From contig JAWMAR010000026.1 of NCBI GenBank assembly GCA_036785375.1, forward strand, positions 8,432,001 to 8,496,000: DNA of 64,000 nt, written 5' to 3'. Below the pieces are notes generated by a model. It searched no databases. It was given only the letters and a program-made list of their open reading frames with translations, and was not told where the DNA came from. Both the position numbers and the translations under genes were made by a program. Of the stretch, positions 63,982-64,000 are shown piece by piece. The stretch is from Leucoraja ocellata (Eukaryota). How positions within the stretch are numbered: position 1 is the stretch's first letter; every line of letters starts with the position of its first letter.

Positions 63982-64000
63982 GTGAGCGAACGGCACTTTA

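Overview
Eukaryotic genomic DNA, most likely from a cartilaginous fish (inferred from the CR1/HER1-type LINE, tRNA-derived SINE and Penelope-like repeat landscape). It contains a cluster of non-rearranging immunoglobulin-superfamily receptor genes with the layout leader / germline-joined VJ-type V exon / C1 exon / TM exon / cytoplasmic exons. I read five genes by hand from splice sites: A1(+, 3' part only) -> <- B1(-, complete, 341 aa) | A2(+, complete, 278 aa) -> <- B2(-, complete, 272 aa) | A3(+, leader and V only). The A->, <-B pair has been tandemly duplicated (repeat unit about 30 kb). In the first block both genes look inhibitory: neutral TM plus ITIM/ITSM exons, and B1 has a SIRP-alpha-like four-tyrosine tail. 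In the second block both genes look activating. Each has a TM arginine in an NKp30-like 'RAG' context, one nucleotide away from its paralog, and a truncated tail. A2 has lost its ITIM exon, while B2 retains fossil tail exons in which three of four motif tyrosines are mutated. The window therefore appears to hold a doubly paired (inhibitory/activating) system of antigen-receptor-like VJ-C1 receptors, with signs of ectodomain homogenisation. The rest is mostly TEs: CR1, L1/Tx1, Rex1/Babar, an internally inverted Gypsy LTR element, a hAT MITE, SINEs, and Penelope-like hairpins with hammerhead-like cores. There are two assembly gaps.
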